NCBI GenBank assembly: GCA_965207025.1
Contig: OZ242258.1
Coordinates: forward strand, 1,061,699 to 1,125,698
Direction of reading: 5' to 3'
Length of the DNA: 64,000 nt
Source of the DNA: Dehalococcoidia bacterium
GTDB taxonomy: Bacteria > Chloroflexota > Dehalococcoidia > Lucifugimonadales > UBA3495
Shown: piece after piece, positions 25,343-34,805 of the stretch
How the letters are laid out: each line of letters starts with the position of its first letter
Position numbering within the stretch: the stretch's first letter is position 1
Notes under the pieces: generated by a model
Told to the model about the DNA's origin: nothing
The model's input: only the letters and a program-made list of their open reading frames with translations
Database searches by the model: none
Position numbers and translations under genes: made by a program

Positions 25343-26971
25343 TCAACGCCGAATCTGGATGCCAGCCTCTTCACGGTCGAAGCAGCCGGCGATGAGGTCC
25401 TCCCGCTCCTGGCGCAACACGTCCTTGCGGACCCGCAGGCTGGGCGTGCGCGGAAGTTCATCGCGGATTTCAATGTAACGGGGCACTTTGAAATACGCCA
25501 AGTTGTCGGCGCACCAATAGATCACGTCTTCAGGTTGGACTATTTCCCCCGGTCGTGGGGTAACGTATGCCTTGACTTCGTCCTCGCCCAGCTCGGACGG
25601 GACTGCGATGATTGCGCAATCCAGCACATTTTCGTGGCGCTTGATGACGTCTTCGACTTCCTGTGAGGAGATGTTTTCTCCCCGGCGGCGGATAACGTCC
25701 TTCTTACGGTCCACGAAATACAGGTAATTGTCGTCGTCGAGCCAGCCAAGATCGCCGGTGAAGAGCCAGCCATCGCGGAGGGAAGCGTTGGTCTCGGTTT
25801 CGTTGCGCCAATAGCCGGCCATGGTGGCGGGGTTTTGGATGGTGATCTCGCCGGGAGTTCCGTTGGGGACGGCGTTGCCGGCGTCGTCCACGATGCGAAC
25901 TGTGTTGTCAAAGGACGGGTCGGGGTGTTGCCGGGGTTGACCCGACGAGTTAGGCCGGCGCTCGCCGCGAATGGCCTCGATGGTACCGTAGCAGGTTTCC
26001 GTCATGCCGAAGCCGACAATGATGTCGGTGCCGAACCGTGCTTCAAAAGCGGACAGGAATTCCGGCGAGAACGCCGGCGACCCATAGAACAGGCGGACGG
26101 TGTTGTCGCGGTCGTCCGGTTGCGGGTCGTTTTTCGCCAGCACCGGCATCATCATGCCGATGAAGTTGACCACGGTGGCGCGGGCGTCCCGTACCTGCTG
26201 CCAGAACCGGGACGCGCTGAACCGATCCTGCACCACCAGGGTCGCGCCGGACGCCAGGGTTCCCATGGTGCTGTAATATTGGGCGTTGGCGTGGAAATAC
26301 GGGAGGCAGGTGAAAAAACGGTCGTCCGGCGTGGCCTGAGTCCACAACGCAAAGCCCTGTCCTGCTGAAACGTACATCTGGTGCGTAACCTGTACGCCCT
26401 TGGGGTTGCCGGTGGTGCCAGAAGTGTACTGGAGCATGGAGATGTCGGTGGGGAACACATCCGGCAACTCTGAAATGGAGCTCGCGGACTCCAGAAACGC
26501 GGCGTAATCGGCCCACCCGTCGGCCTCTGAATGTCCGACCAGGAGCCGGTGGCGCACGCACGGAGCGATGTCGGCGGCTTGAGTTGCCACGTCGGCCAAA
26601 CTTTCGTGAGCGACCAGGGCGGAAGCGTCGGCGTTGTTCAGGATGTAGGCCATCTCGTCCCGGCGGTAGGCGGTGTTGATGGTTACGGCGATGCCGCCGA
26701 TCAGGGACAAGCCGAACCAGGTGTAGAGGACTTCAGGCACGTTGGGCAGGAACAGGCACACCCGATCGCCGTGACCAATGCCAAGGGAATGGAACATGCC
26801 GGCAGCCTTCCGGCACCGTTCCATGAACTGCCGGTAGGTGATTTCCTCTCCGGCTATCTCCACGAATACCTTTTCGGGGTATGTGGCGGTGACGATTTCC
26901 AGAAATTCGCCGAGGGATTTCTCCCATGATCGGCGACCGGATAGCGGTTCCAAACCAAGAATGCTGCTCAT
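25343..26971 (-). CDS. AMP-dependent acyl-CoA synthetase/ligase
   Basis: LQYTSGTTGNPKGV (AMP-binding motif), TGDLGWLDDDNYLYFVDRKKD and a C-terminal SLRVRK lysine motif. Confidence 0.9.
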   Translation of the reverse strand: MSSILGLEPLSGRRSWEKSLGEFLEIVTATYPEKVFVEIAGEEITYRQFMERCRKAAGMFHSLGIGHGDRVCLFLPNVPEVLYTWFGLSLIGGIAVTINTAYRRDEMAYILNNADASALVAHESLADVATQAADIAPCVRHRLLVGHSEADGWADYAAFLESASSISELPDVFPTDISMLQYTSGTTGNPKGVQVTHQMYVSAGQGFALWTQATPDDRFFTCLPYFHANAQYYSTMGTLASGATLVVQDRFSASRFWQQVRDARATVVNFIGMMMPVLAKNDPQPDDRDNTVRLFYGSPAFSPEFLSAFEARFGTDIIVGFGMTETCYGTIEAIRGERRPNSSGQPRQHPDPSFDNTVRIVDDAGNAVPNGTPGEITIQNPATMAGYWRNETETNASLRDGWLFTGDLGWLDDDNYLYFVDRKKDVIRRRGENISSQEVEDVIKRHENVLDCAIIAVPSELGEDEVKAYVTPRPGEIVQPEDVIYWCADNLAYFKVPRYIEIRDELPRTPSLRVRKDVLRQEREDLIAGCFDREEAGIQIRR

Positions 26972-27131
26972 GCCAATAGCTCAAAGGGCGCCCGACTGGG
27001 GGCATATCGGTGGATTCACGCTAACACGAGGCCCCGGCAGGGTCAATAGCAATCCGGCCTCGCGCGTGTCTGCGTTGGGTAATGGACACCGCTACGGGGC
27101 CGGGGTGGGTTGTTCCCAGCGGAACCATTGG

Positions 27132-27431
27132 CTATAGCGGTCGTTGTCGGCGTAGGGGAGCAGGCAGCAGGCAGCAGACGATAATGTAGGGATCGGGGAC
27201 ATCACCCCGGCGTCGCATATCTATGAGGTAGCTGCTGAGGCGGGTGAAGGTATTGAGGCGGAAGCCGGCCTTGACGACGTGCTGGATGACGTCGCCGGGT
27301 TCGGGAGGGCACTCGGGATCCCATTGGTTTCCGACGGATTCGGCGACGGGTCGGAGTTTGACGATGGCGAGTTCGGGGGCGAAGCGGCGCTTGAGGGCGT
27401 TGATGCGGGCGCGGATTTGGGAGATGGTCAT
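27132..27431 (-). CDS. Hypothetical small protein
   Basis: 99-aa ORF upstream of and co-directional with the acyl-CoA ligase. No family recognised. The coding call is tentative. Confidence 0.4.
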   Translation of the reverse strand: MTISQIRARINALKRRFAPELAIVKLRPVAESVGNQWDPECPPEPGDVIQHVVKAGFRLNTFTRLSSYLIDMRRRGDVPDPYIIVCCLLPAPLRRQRPL

Positions 27432-27455
27432 GTAAATGTCTCTGACGGGGAGTAG

Positions 27456-27495
27456 TTTTACATCGATGGACAGGATGAACAGGATTATTGGATTG
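27456..27495. repeat. Family E interspersed repeat
   Basis: GTTTTACATCGATGGACAGGATGAACAGGATTATTGGATT. See 5381..5440. Confidence 0.55.
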
Positions 27496-27802
27496 TGTTG
27501 GGATGGTGTGGTTTGGGAAATCCCGCCTATTTCCGCTCATTTTCCATCATTCGTGCGAGGGACTGGGCGGGTTGTGGGGGTGAACGGGGGCCGATTTGGC
27601 TGGTTTTAAGTGTGATTTCAGCTGTTCTGATTGACCTTTGGGAGGTTTTGGGAAGGGATCGGGACGTGGGCATAGGGGCGGCTGGCGGTCCGGGCGGCTG
27701 GATGGACCAGGTTGATCGGATAGTTAAATGATATGGATGAGTGGAGGGTTGGCGCAACGGAGCAGTGTCACTTATTGGCGTAGCGACGGCCACCGCTGCT
27801 AC

Positions 27803-27839
27803 GAGATTGCCACGTAGCTGCGCTCCTCGCAATGACAGG
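27803..27839. repeat. Family F repeat (GATTGCC..GCTCCTCGCAATGAC type)
   Basis: GAGATTGCCACGTAGCTGCGCTCCTCGCAATGACAGG, a motif class I recognise from other repeat-rich genomes. Single copy in this window. Confidence 0.4.
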
Positions 27840-27874
27840 TCGCGCAAAACGGGTAAGCTGAGTAGTCCGGCGGT

Positions 27875-27903
27875 TTGACACTATACCGGGGCAGTCTTAA
27901 ACT
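27875..27903 (+). promoter_or_regulatory. Candidate sigma70-type promoter (TTGACA - 17 nt - TAAACT) for the DUF35/thiolase operon
   Basis: TTGACA at 27875..27880 and TAAACT at 27898..27903, 50 nt upstream of GTG 27954. Confidence 0.35.
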
Positions 27904-27953
27904 TTCGGGCACTCTTTATAACGCCGTCTCACCGCCGGCGTAGCGAGTCGCAC

Positions 27954-28358
27954 GTGCCCGTTTCAGTTGATGAGCGATCCCTTCGATTGAGCGCCGATGG
28001 TTCCAATGGAACACTGCTAGGGATGCGCTGCGTGGAATGCGGCGTCGTAGTGTTTGGCCCCGCCACCTTCTGCCAGTCCTGCTCGTCGCCGAAGCTGGAA
28101 CAGATCGATTTGGCGACGGAGGGCGTTCTGTACAGCTACACCATCGTTCGAGTGCCGCCTCCCGGCTGGCCCGGCCCAGTACCTTACGCGCTCGGAGAAG
28201 TGGAGTTGCCGGAAGGGCCCCATGTTTTGGCGGAGGTCGTTGACTGCACCCACGATGCCCTGCGAGTAGGGATGCGGATGACGCTGGCGTTGCGGCCCGT
28301 TTCCATGCCGGAAGTTCCGGATTCGGAGCGAGTGGTGTACAAGTGGCGGCCGGCGTAG
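27954..28358 (+). CDS. Zn-ribbon/OB-fold protein (DUF35), partner of SCP-x-type thiolases
   Basis: CVECGVVVFGPATFCQSCSS rubredoxin-like Zn ribbon followed by an OB-fold region, 134 aa, GTG start. Confidence 0.82.
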   Translation: MPVSVDERSLRLSADGSNGTLLGMRCVECGVVVFGPATFCQSCSSPKLEQIDLATEGVLYSYTIVRVPPPGWPGPVPYALGEVELPEGPHVLAEVVDCTHDALRVGMRMTLALRPVSMPEVPDSERVVYKWRPA

Positions 28359-28365
28359 AAAGGAG

Positions 28366-28407
28366 TTCACCCTCACCTTAACCCTCTCCCATCAAGGGAG
28401 AAGGGAG
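28366..28407 (+). repeat. Family C post-stop hairpin repeat
   Basis: TTCACCCTCACCTTAACCCTCTCCCATCAAGGGAGAAGGGAG begins 8 nt after the stop at 28358 and ends 16 nt before ATG 28423. Confidence 0.85.
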
Positions 28408-28422
28408 CTTTAGGAGCATACG

Positions 28423-29577
28423 ATGACGCAATTCAGGCCGGGGCGCGACGTGTACGCAGTCGGAGTGGGCCTCCATTCCTTTGGGCGCTTTCCGGAACAA
28501 AGCTTGTCGGATCTCGCCCGGGACGCGGTGGTGGATGCGCTCCGCGACTCCGGCGTGCCCTGGACGGCCATCCCCGTCGCCTACTTTGGTCACGTCTATT
28601 ATCACGGCATGTCGGTGGGTGAGACGACATTGGCGCAATTGGGGCTGACCGGGGTTCCAATTATTAACGTGGAGAATGCCTGCTCCAGCGGATCCACGGC
28701 GTTCTGGCAAGCCTACTGGGGCATCACCTCCGGCGTGTTTGACCTGGCGCTGGCGTTTGGGGCGGAGAAAGTACCGGGCGGGCCGGTGACAGTGACAGCC
28801 GAAAACAGCCCGGCCCGCTACATCGGCGGCGATCACATGATGGCGGGCTACGCGCTGCGCATGACCCGGTACATGGAAGAAACGGGCGCGCCGCCCTCAG
28901 CTTTTGCCCAGGTCACCGTCAAGGCCCGGCAGAATGCTTCGATGAATCCCTACGCGCACCGGAAAGATACCTACTCGGTTGAGGACGTGCTGAACTCGCG
29001 GCTGATTGCCGACCCGCTGACGCTCTACCAGTGCTGTCCCACCAGCGAGGGCGGCGCGGCGGCCGTGCTGTGCGCCGGCGACGCATTGGACGCCTACGGA
29101 ATCGACCGCAGCCGCGCCATCCGAATCGCGGCGGCTGCGCTGACCTCGGGCAACTACAACGGACGCGGGAGCGACCACTCCGCGTTCAGCCCCTATCGCA
29201 CCGAGCCGGCGGCGCTGCAAGCCTACGAGATGGCCGGCATTGGTCCGGAGGACGTTGACATCGTACAGGTTCACGACGCAGCCACCATTGGGGAGTTGCA
29301 ACAGGTTGAAGCCCTACGTATCTTTCCCTATGGCGAGGCCTGGCAGGCCACGGTCGAGGGGCGCACAGGGTTAACCGGCGACGTCCCGGTGAATACCGAC
29401 GGGGGCTTGCTGGCGATGGGGCATCCCTTCGGCGCCACCGGCATACGCCAAGTTCATGAGACGGTTACGCAACTGAGAGGCGAAGCCGGGCCGCGACAGG
29501 TGGAAAATCCGCGAGTGGGGGTCGCGCAGTGCTCAGGGGCGGGCGACGTGACGACGGTACATATTCTGACGCGGTAG
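28423..29577 (+). CDS. Thiolase-like protein (SCP-x / lipid-transfer-type acetyl-CoA C-acyltransferase)
   Basis: 384 aa with NVENACSSGSTAF (active-site Cys), DGGLLAMGHPFGATG and a CSGAG C-terminal motif. Confidence 0.88.
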   Translation: MTQFRPGRDVYAVGVGLHSFGRFPEQSLSDLARDAVVDALRDSGVPWTAIPVAYFGHVYYHGMSVGETTLAQLGLTGVPIINVENACSSGSTAFWQAYWGITSGVFDLALAFGAEKVPGGPVTVTAENSPARYIGGDHMMAGYALRMTRYMEETGAPPSAFAQVTVKARQNASMNPYAHRKDTYSVEDVLNSRLIADPLTLYQCCPTSEGGAAAVLCAGDALDAYGIDRSRAIRIAAAALTSGNYNGRGSDHSAFSPYRTEPAALQAYEMAGIGPEDVDIVQVHDAATIGELQQVEALRIFPYGEAWQATVEGRTGLTGDVPVNTDGGLLAMGHPFGATGIRQVHETVTQLRGEAGPRQVENPRVGVAQCSGAGDVTTVHILTR

Positions 29578-29580
29578 AAA

Positions 29581-29618
29581 TTCACCCTCACCCCAGTCCT
29601 CTCCCATCCAGGGGGGAG
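29581..29618 (+). repeat. Family C post-stop hairpin repeat
   Basis: TTCACCCTCACCCCAGTCCTCTCCCATCCAGGGGGGAG begins 4 nt after the stop at 29577. Confidence 0.8.
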
Positions 29619-29633
29619 CACAAGGTCGGGCGT

Positions 29634-29918
29634 ATGGCCAACTATCTGATCATGGCCGCGATGAAGGGCCGGTTCATGTCGGAACAGGGAAACCTGTACG
29701 ACAACTTCCAGATGCTCGGTTACGTGGAAGGGGCCTCGCCCTTCGACGCGGTGGCGGCGTTCTTTGACCAGCCGAAGTTTCCCATCGTCTGGGCGGACGT
29801 GGAGTATATGTGGGCGGAGAAATTGGCTGACGATCCGTCAACCGGACACCACGGGGAGTACGAAAGGGTGTACATAGCCTCGCTTCGTGAGCGATGGGAA
29901 GGTAGCTCGCGGAACTGA
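29634..29918 (+). CDS. Hypothetical small protein
   Basis: 94 aa from ATG 29634 (MANYLIMAAMKG...). The track ORF start at 29529 lies inside the thiolase gene and the repeat. No family recognised. Confidence 0.5.
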   Translation: MANYLIMAAMKGRFMSEQGNLYDNFQMLGYVEGASPFDAVAAFFDQPKFPIVWADVEYMWAEKLADDPSTGHHGEYERVYIASLRERWEGSSRN

Positions 29919-29943
29919 GGGCCAGCCCCGTTTTGCTACAGAG

Positions 29944-29969
29944 TAGGGGCGAATAATTATTCGCCCCTA
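29944..29969. terminator. Family D palindromic hairpin (TAGGGGCGAATA-AT-TATTCGCCCCTA) between convergent genes
   Basis: 12-bp perfect stem between the stops at 29918 (+) and 29998 (-). Confidence 0.6.
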
Positions 29970-29997
29970 GGTTTAACTCCACTCCATGCCGCCAGGA

Positions 29998-30780
29998 TTA
30001 CACGCCGGCGGCCTTGTTACGCAACCGGGTGAAATCGGTGCGAAAACCCTCGGCCAGGGCGCGCCGGTCGGTTCCGTGGAGCACAAAGCGAGCGCCTTGC
30101 TCGATCCAGTACTCCGACAGTTCGGGCGTCTGGTGGTGAACCAACGTGGGGATGCTGCGGGCCTCACACTTGTCGATGATGCCCTTCACGGTGGTTTTGT
30201 AGATCTCCTGGCCGTAGTCGTCGGGCACGCCCAGCGAGATGCTCATGTCGTTGGGGCCGACGAAAATGGCGTCGATTTGCGGCACGTTCAGGATGGCGTC
30301 CAGGTTGTCAACCGCCGTCTGGCTCTCGATGCCGATGATGCAGATGTTGTTGCGGTTGCGAGCTTCCAGGTATTCGCGGCTGGCGTCGCTGGGAAAGTCT
30401 CCGGTTTCCAGCGCCTGCTCCGCCGCCGCACCCTTCAGCGGGCGGAACTTGGTGGCCTTGACTACCTCACGCACTTCGTCCACGGATTCGCAGTAGGGGG
30501 CGAGGACACCCTGCGCTCCGGCGTCGATGGCCATGGTAACGTAGTGTGAATCCGGGATCGGGATTCGTACGATAGGAACTACGCTGATGGTGTTGAACAT
30601 GGTCAGATAGTCGCCGAGTTCGCCCCGGCTGCGGGGGCTGTGCTCGGTGTCGATGATCACGTAGTCCAAGCCCACATCGTCCAGAATCGGGATCCAGCGG
30701 GGACTGCGGTTAATGCTGATCATCGTGCCGAAGATACGGCCACCTTGTGCGAGAGTGTTTTTGAGATCTGCGCCGCTCAT
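29998..30780 (-). CDS. HpcH/HpaI family aldolase
   Basis: 260 aa with DYVIIDTEHSP, IVRIP and GIESQTAVDNLDAIL..IDAIFVGPNDMS, all typical of the HpcH/HpaI fold. Confidence 0.88.
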   Translation of the reverse strand: MSGADLKNTLAQGGRIFGTMISINRSPRWIPILDDVGLDYVIIDTEHSPRSRGELGDYLTMFNTISVVPIVRIPIPDSHYVTMAIDAGAQGVLAPYCESVDEVREVVKATKFRPLKGAAAEQALETGDFPSDASREYLEARNRNNICIIGIESQTAVDNLDAILNVPQIDAIFVGPNDMSISLGVPDDYGQEIYKTTVKGIIDKCEARSIPTLVHHQTPELSEYWIEQGARFVLHGTDRRALAEGFRTDFTRLRNKAAGV

Positions 30781-30930
30781 TGAGGTACGTTCTCCTTGCA
30801 GATTGAGTCGAAACGGCTTGTGCGCCGTTGACCGAGGGAGTATAGCACGGGCAGCGATGACCGATATTTACGTCAACGGCCTGCCGATTGTGCTAAACTT
30901 GCGTTGTTGTTTTCATCACTATCCGATGAA

Positions 30931-32100
30931 ATGGCGCAGCAGAAAGGACATCGGTTGCGTAGCCGGTATCGATACATAAGCGAGCAATCCGAATGGGACG
31001 CCGTAGCCGCGGAGTTGCAGGAATCTGCGCGGTTGGCTTTAGACACCGAACGCAATGGCCGGTACGCGTATCGGGAACGCATCTGCCTGATCCAGATATC
31101 GGACGGCAAGCAGACCTACCTGCTGGACCCGCTCACAGTTCAGGATATGTCTGCTCTGGGACGCATCCTGAGCGATGAATCCGTGGTCAAGGCTATTCAC
31201 GGTTCTGAGGAAGACATCAGATTTTTCCATCGGGATTTCGGATTCTCGGTCAATACTCTATTCGACACCGGGATGGCCGCACGTTTCCTGGGCGTTTCCA
31301 GGCCCAACCTCGGCGCTGTGCTGGAGGAGTTCTGCGGCGTGGTGATCCCCAAGGACCGCCAGTTGCAGATGTCCCATTGGGGATTGAGGCCGCTGTCCAG
31401 GGCCGCGCTGGACTATGCCGCCAGCGACGTGCATCACCTGTTGACGCTGGTTGATGAGCTCGACTATCGGTTGAGCAAAACCGGGCGGCAGGACTGGGTA
31501 CGCGAAGAGTGCGAACGGGTAAGCTCACTGAGACACGCTGCCGAGGAACCGCTGGATACCGCATACCGCCGGGTGAAAGGCTGGGACTCGCTGGACACCA
31601 GGCAAATGGCCGTGCTGCGCGAACTGTACGCCTTTCGCGACGGCAAAGCGTGCGTTTGGGACCTGCCAGTTCATCAGGTGGCAAGCAACGACGACCTGCT
31701 TACACTGGCGGAGGCGGACGGAGCCGTGGAACGAGGAGTCGGCGGGATGCTGGCCCGGCGGTGTTTCGGCGAGCTGCTGGACGCAATCCAACGCGGAATA
31801 GACGGCCCGGAAGAGCCTAAACCCACGCGTCCCGAACCACCGCCTGACCAGTGGACGCCGGAGCGGCGTGAGCGGCTGAAGTTGCTGAAGCGGTGGCGAA
31901 CCAACCTATCGGGAGATCTGGGGATCGCGGTTAGCCACATCTGGCCGACGCCGAGCCTGGAGCGCATCGCTATGCGTCCAGACCTGCTGCTCCGGGAAGT
32001 AGCCGGTGGTGAGGGTGAGGTTCGGCGGTGGCAGCGCGCGGAATTCGGCGACAGTTTGGCTGCTGTGGTAGATGATTTGCAACGGGGCGATGCCCGGTGA
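30931..32100 (+). CDS. rnd: Ribonuclease D (DEDD 3'-5' exonuclease + HRDC)
   Basis: LALDTERNGRYAYRERICLIQIS, HGSEEDI and YAASDVHHL exo motifs. ATG 30931 is chosen within track ORF 30904..32100. Confidence 0.85.
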   Translation: MAQQKGHRLRSRYRYISEQSEWDAVAAELQESARLALDTERNGRYAYRERICLIQISDGKQTYLLDPLTVQDMSALGRILSDESVVKAIHGSEEDIRFFHRDFGFSVNTLFDTGMAARFLGVSRPNLGAVLEEFCGVVIPKDRQLQMSHWGLRPLSRAALDYAASDVHHLLTLVDELDYRLSKTGRQDWVREECERVSSLRHAAEEPLDTAYRRVKGWDSLDTRQMAVLRELYAFRDGKACVWDLPVHQVASNDDLLTLAEADGAVERGVGGMLARRCFGELLDAIQRGIDGPEEPKPTRPEPPPDQWTPERRERLKLLKRWRTNLSGDLGIAVSHIWPTPSLERIAMRPDLLLREVAGGEGEVRRWQRAEFGDSLAAVVDDLQRGDAR

Positions 32101-32111
32101 GAGGTGCGCAG

Positions 32112-33194
32112 TCACGCGCCGAACGTCATCAGTTCCTCGCAGAACCGGGCGGTATTGACCAGGTCGGGGATTACCACGTACTCGTCGATGGTGTGCATCA
32201 GGTTGGTGGCCATGCCTACGACCACACTCTCTATGCCGTTGAGTCGGAACACGTTGCCATCCGTGCCGCCCCCAGAGGGCTGGATGTTCGGCTCCAGGGA
32301 CATTTCGCGCATGACGCGCATCACCAACTGAGCGGTCGGCTCGTTGGGATCGAGGCGGTACATCTGGAACATCATTTCCAGGTTTTCGGTAATTTCCGCA
32401 TCGGTGTAGCGGGTGCGAATTTTGTTAACCGAGTTAAGCAGTTGCATCCTCAGCAACTCTAGAGATTCCATGTTCATGCTGCGGAACTCACCGGAAATTG
32501 CTGCCTCGGACGGAACCGCGTTTCTCACCGTGCCGCCGGTGATGGTGGCCACGTTGAACGTGGTTTCCTGGTCAATGCGACCTTGCGGCAGTTCCGCGAT
32601 GAGGTCGCTGGCGATTTTGATAGCAGACAGCCCTTTCTCAGGCTCGACGCCGGCGTGGGCGCCCCGACCGCGCACGTTGATGTCGAAAGCCATGTAGGTT
32701 GGGCTGGCGCCGGTGATGGTGTTGACCGGGCCGTTGCCGTCGAAAACCACCGCCTCCCGACCGCGAATCATGGAGAAATCAAGGTTGGAGGCACCCACCA
32801 GCCCGATTTCCTCGCCGCGGGTCAAAATCACCTCCAGCGGACGCCGGGGTCGGCCTTCTTCCTTTACCGATTCCAGCGCTTCCAGGATCGCCGCTACGCC
32901 GGCCTTGCAATCCCCGCCCAGAATGGTGCTGCCGTCGGAGGTGATTCGGTCACCCACCACCTGCGGCTTAATTCTGCGGCCCGGATCCACCGTATCCATG
33001 TGCGCGGACAGGATCAAGGGGGTGTCGCCGTCCTCGCGGGCAATCACGTTCCCGTGGTCGTCGCGGGCCACCTGGAATCCGAGGTTGCTGAGTCGCTCCG
33101 ACACGTGGAGCGCAACGTCCCATTCCTCGCCCGACGGGCTGTCGATTCGCACCAAGTCGCTGAAATCGTTGACCATTCGTTCCTGGTTCGGCAT
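32112..33194 (-). CDS. M20B peptidase, PepT-like tripeptide aminopeptidase
   Basis: ILSAHMDTVDPG and DGSTILGGDCKAGVAAILEAL. ATG 33194 is preceded by AAGAGG. The track start at 33218 is a TTG. Confidence 0.82.
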   Translation of the reverse strand: MPNQERMVNDFSDLVRIDSPSGEEWDVALHVSERLSNLGFQVARDDHGNVIAREDGDTPLILSAHMDTVDPGRRIKPQVVGDRITSDGSTILGGDCKAGVAAILEALESVKEEGRPRRPLEVILTRGEEIGLVGASNLDFSMIRGREAVVFDGNGPVNTITGASPTYMAFDINVRGRGAHAGVEPEKGLSAIKIASDLIAELPQGRIDQETTFNVATITGGTVRNAVPSEAAISGEFRSMNMESLELLRMQLLNSVNKIRTRYTDAEITENLEMMFQMYRLDPNEPTAQLVMRVMREMSLEPNIQPSGGGTDGNVFRLNGIESVVVGMATNLMHTIDEYVVIPDLVNTARFCEELMTFGA

Positions 33195-33281
33195 GGGACA
33201 CCTCTTCGATGACGGCAATGATTTTCCGGTTGCCTATTATATCGCAGGTAATTAGAATCAACATTTGCCAGGAGGCAGGTT

Positions 33282-33737
33282 ATGAAAATACGTACCGCCA
33301 ACGTTTCCGACTCGACCATCATCGCACGATTCAACGCGGCGATGGCCGTGGAATCCGAGGGCATCAACCTGGACAGGGACGTTCTGGCCGCCGGCGTAGG
33401 AGAGGCGCTGGCGGACTCTGGCAAGGCTTTCTACCTGTTGTCTGAAGTGGATGGCATTCCGGTGGGCCAGTTGATGGTGACGTATGAATGGAGCGATTGG
33501 CGCAACGGCTGGATCTGGTGGATACAATCGGTGTATGTGGAACCGGAACACAGACGGAAAGGCATATACCGAGGACTGTACCACAAACTGAAAAAGATGG
33601 CCGCTGATGCGGGGAACGTCCGAGGTATTCGGTTGTATGTGATGCGAGACAACGCGGTGGCGAAGAGGACCTACGAGTCGTTGGGAATGCATCATTCGGA
33701 ATACGACCTTTACGAGACGGAACTTCGGCCAGTTTAG
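33282..33737 (+). CDS. GNAT family N-acetyltransferase
   Basis: 151 aa with IQSVYVEPEHRRKGIYRGLY (acetyl-CoA-binding motif A). Confidence 0.85.
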   Translation: MKIRTANVSDSTIIARFNAAMAVESEGINLDRDVLAAGVGEALADSGKAFYLLSEVDGIPVGQLMVTYEWSDWRNGWIWWIQSVYVEPEHRRKGIYRGLYHKLKKMAADAGNVRGIRLYVMRDNAVAKRTYESLGMHHSEYDLYETELRPV

Positions 33738-33752
33738 GATCGGAACAGGGTC

Positions 33753-34805
33753 ATGGTTGGGGAATTACCGACGGAATTTCACTACACAGCGCGTGGACAG
33801 CTGGCGTTGCGTGCCGGGCAGCTGGCCGTTGCCATCCACGATTTCAACAGCGCATTGGAATTGAATGACGAATTCGCTCCAGCTTATTACTACCGTGGAC
33901 TGGCCTATCGGAACGGGGGAGATCTGAACCGGGCCGTAGCGGATTACACGCGGGCGATTGTGGCCGATCCGCAATACCCGGTACCCTACTACGCGCGCGG
34001 CGTGGTTCGGAGACATCTGGGTTACTATGAGGACGCCATCACCGACTACACCGCCGCCATCGAGCTGGAGCCGGATGATGCGGACTATCACTACGCCCGG
34101 GGCGTGGCGCGCATTTCTCTAGGCAGGTACCAGGACGCCATCCAGGACTTCCAGGATTCGATTCGCATCAATCCTGATCACGCCAACGCGCATTACAACC
34201 TGGGCATCGCGCATCGGGACATCGGTGACCGGGACACAGCGTTAACTTTTTATGACCGGGCTATCGAATTGCGGCCATCGGAACCGGACTACCGCTATGC
34301 GAGAGGCAACTTGTACAGCGACCGGAGGGATTACGAATCGGCTATCGCCGACTACGACGCAGCCATATCGGTAGTCCCCACGTTCGCCAACGCCCTGTAC
34401 AATCGTGGAATCGCCCGTCGCAACCAGGGCGATCCCAGGGGCGCGATAGCGGACTTTGACTCCGCGCAGGCCAGCGGAATGGACACCGCTACGCTCTACC
34501 ACAACCGAGGGGTGGCTCACGCCGACTTGGGTGATCATCAAACTGCCATCGAGCAATATGAACAAGCCATCGTTCGCGATGGCGCACTGGCGGGAGTCTG
34601 GCTGTCGTTGGGGAACTCCCGATGCTCTTACGGCGATTTCGTTGCCGGAGCAGAGGCATTCAACAAGGCCGTTGAGCTGAATCCCAATTTGGCGGAGGCG
34701 TTTCGTGGTCGCGCCATGGCCCGCCGACAGTTGGGCGACGAGGGAGGAGCCGCAGCGGACTCCCTGGAGTACGCGCGCCTTACCGCTGCGGACGGCAATG
34801 GTTAG
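33753..34805 (+). CDS. Tetratricopeptide (TPR) repeat protein
   Basis: About nine consecutive 34-aa repeats of the form A.YYRG.A....G.Y..AI.DY..AI.L.P. Confidence 0.85.
   Translation: MVGELPTEFHYTARGQLALRAGQLAVAIHDFNSALELNDEFAPAYYYRGLAYRNGGDLNRAVADYTRAIVADPQYPVPYYARGVVRRHLGYYEDAITDYTAAIELEPDDADYHYARGVARISLGRYQDAIQDFQDSIRINPDHANAHYNLGIAHRDIGDRDTALTFYDRAIELRPSEPDYRYARGNLYSDRRDYESAIADYDAAISVVPTFANALYNRGIARRNQGDPRGAIADFDSAQASGMDTATLYHNRGVAHADLGDHQTAIEQYEQAIVRDGALAGVWLSLGNSRCSYGDFVAGAEAFNKAVELNPNLAEAFRGRAMARRQLGDEGGAAADSLEYARLTAADGNG

Noticed and set aside
27495-27847. Track ORFs 27495..27731 (+) and 27527..27847 (-) in the large intergenic region
   Set aside because: Their translations are dominated by repeat-derived and low-complexity sequence, with no start context. 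I treated the region as non-coding.
33753-34805. Internal nucleotide periodicity of about 102 nt
   Set aside because: It is explained by the consecutive 34-residue TPR units of a normal TPR protein and is not a separate DNA-level feature.
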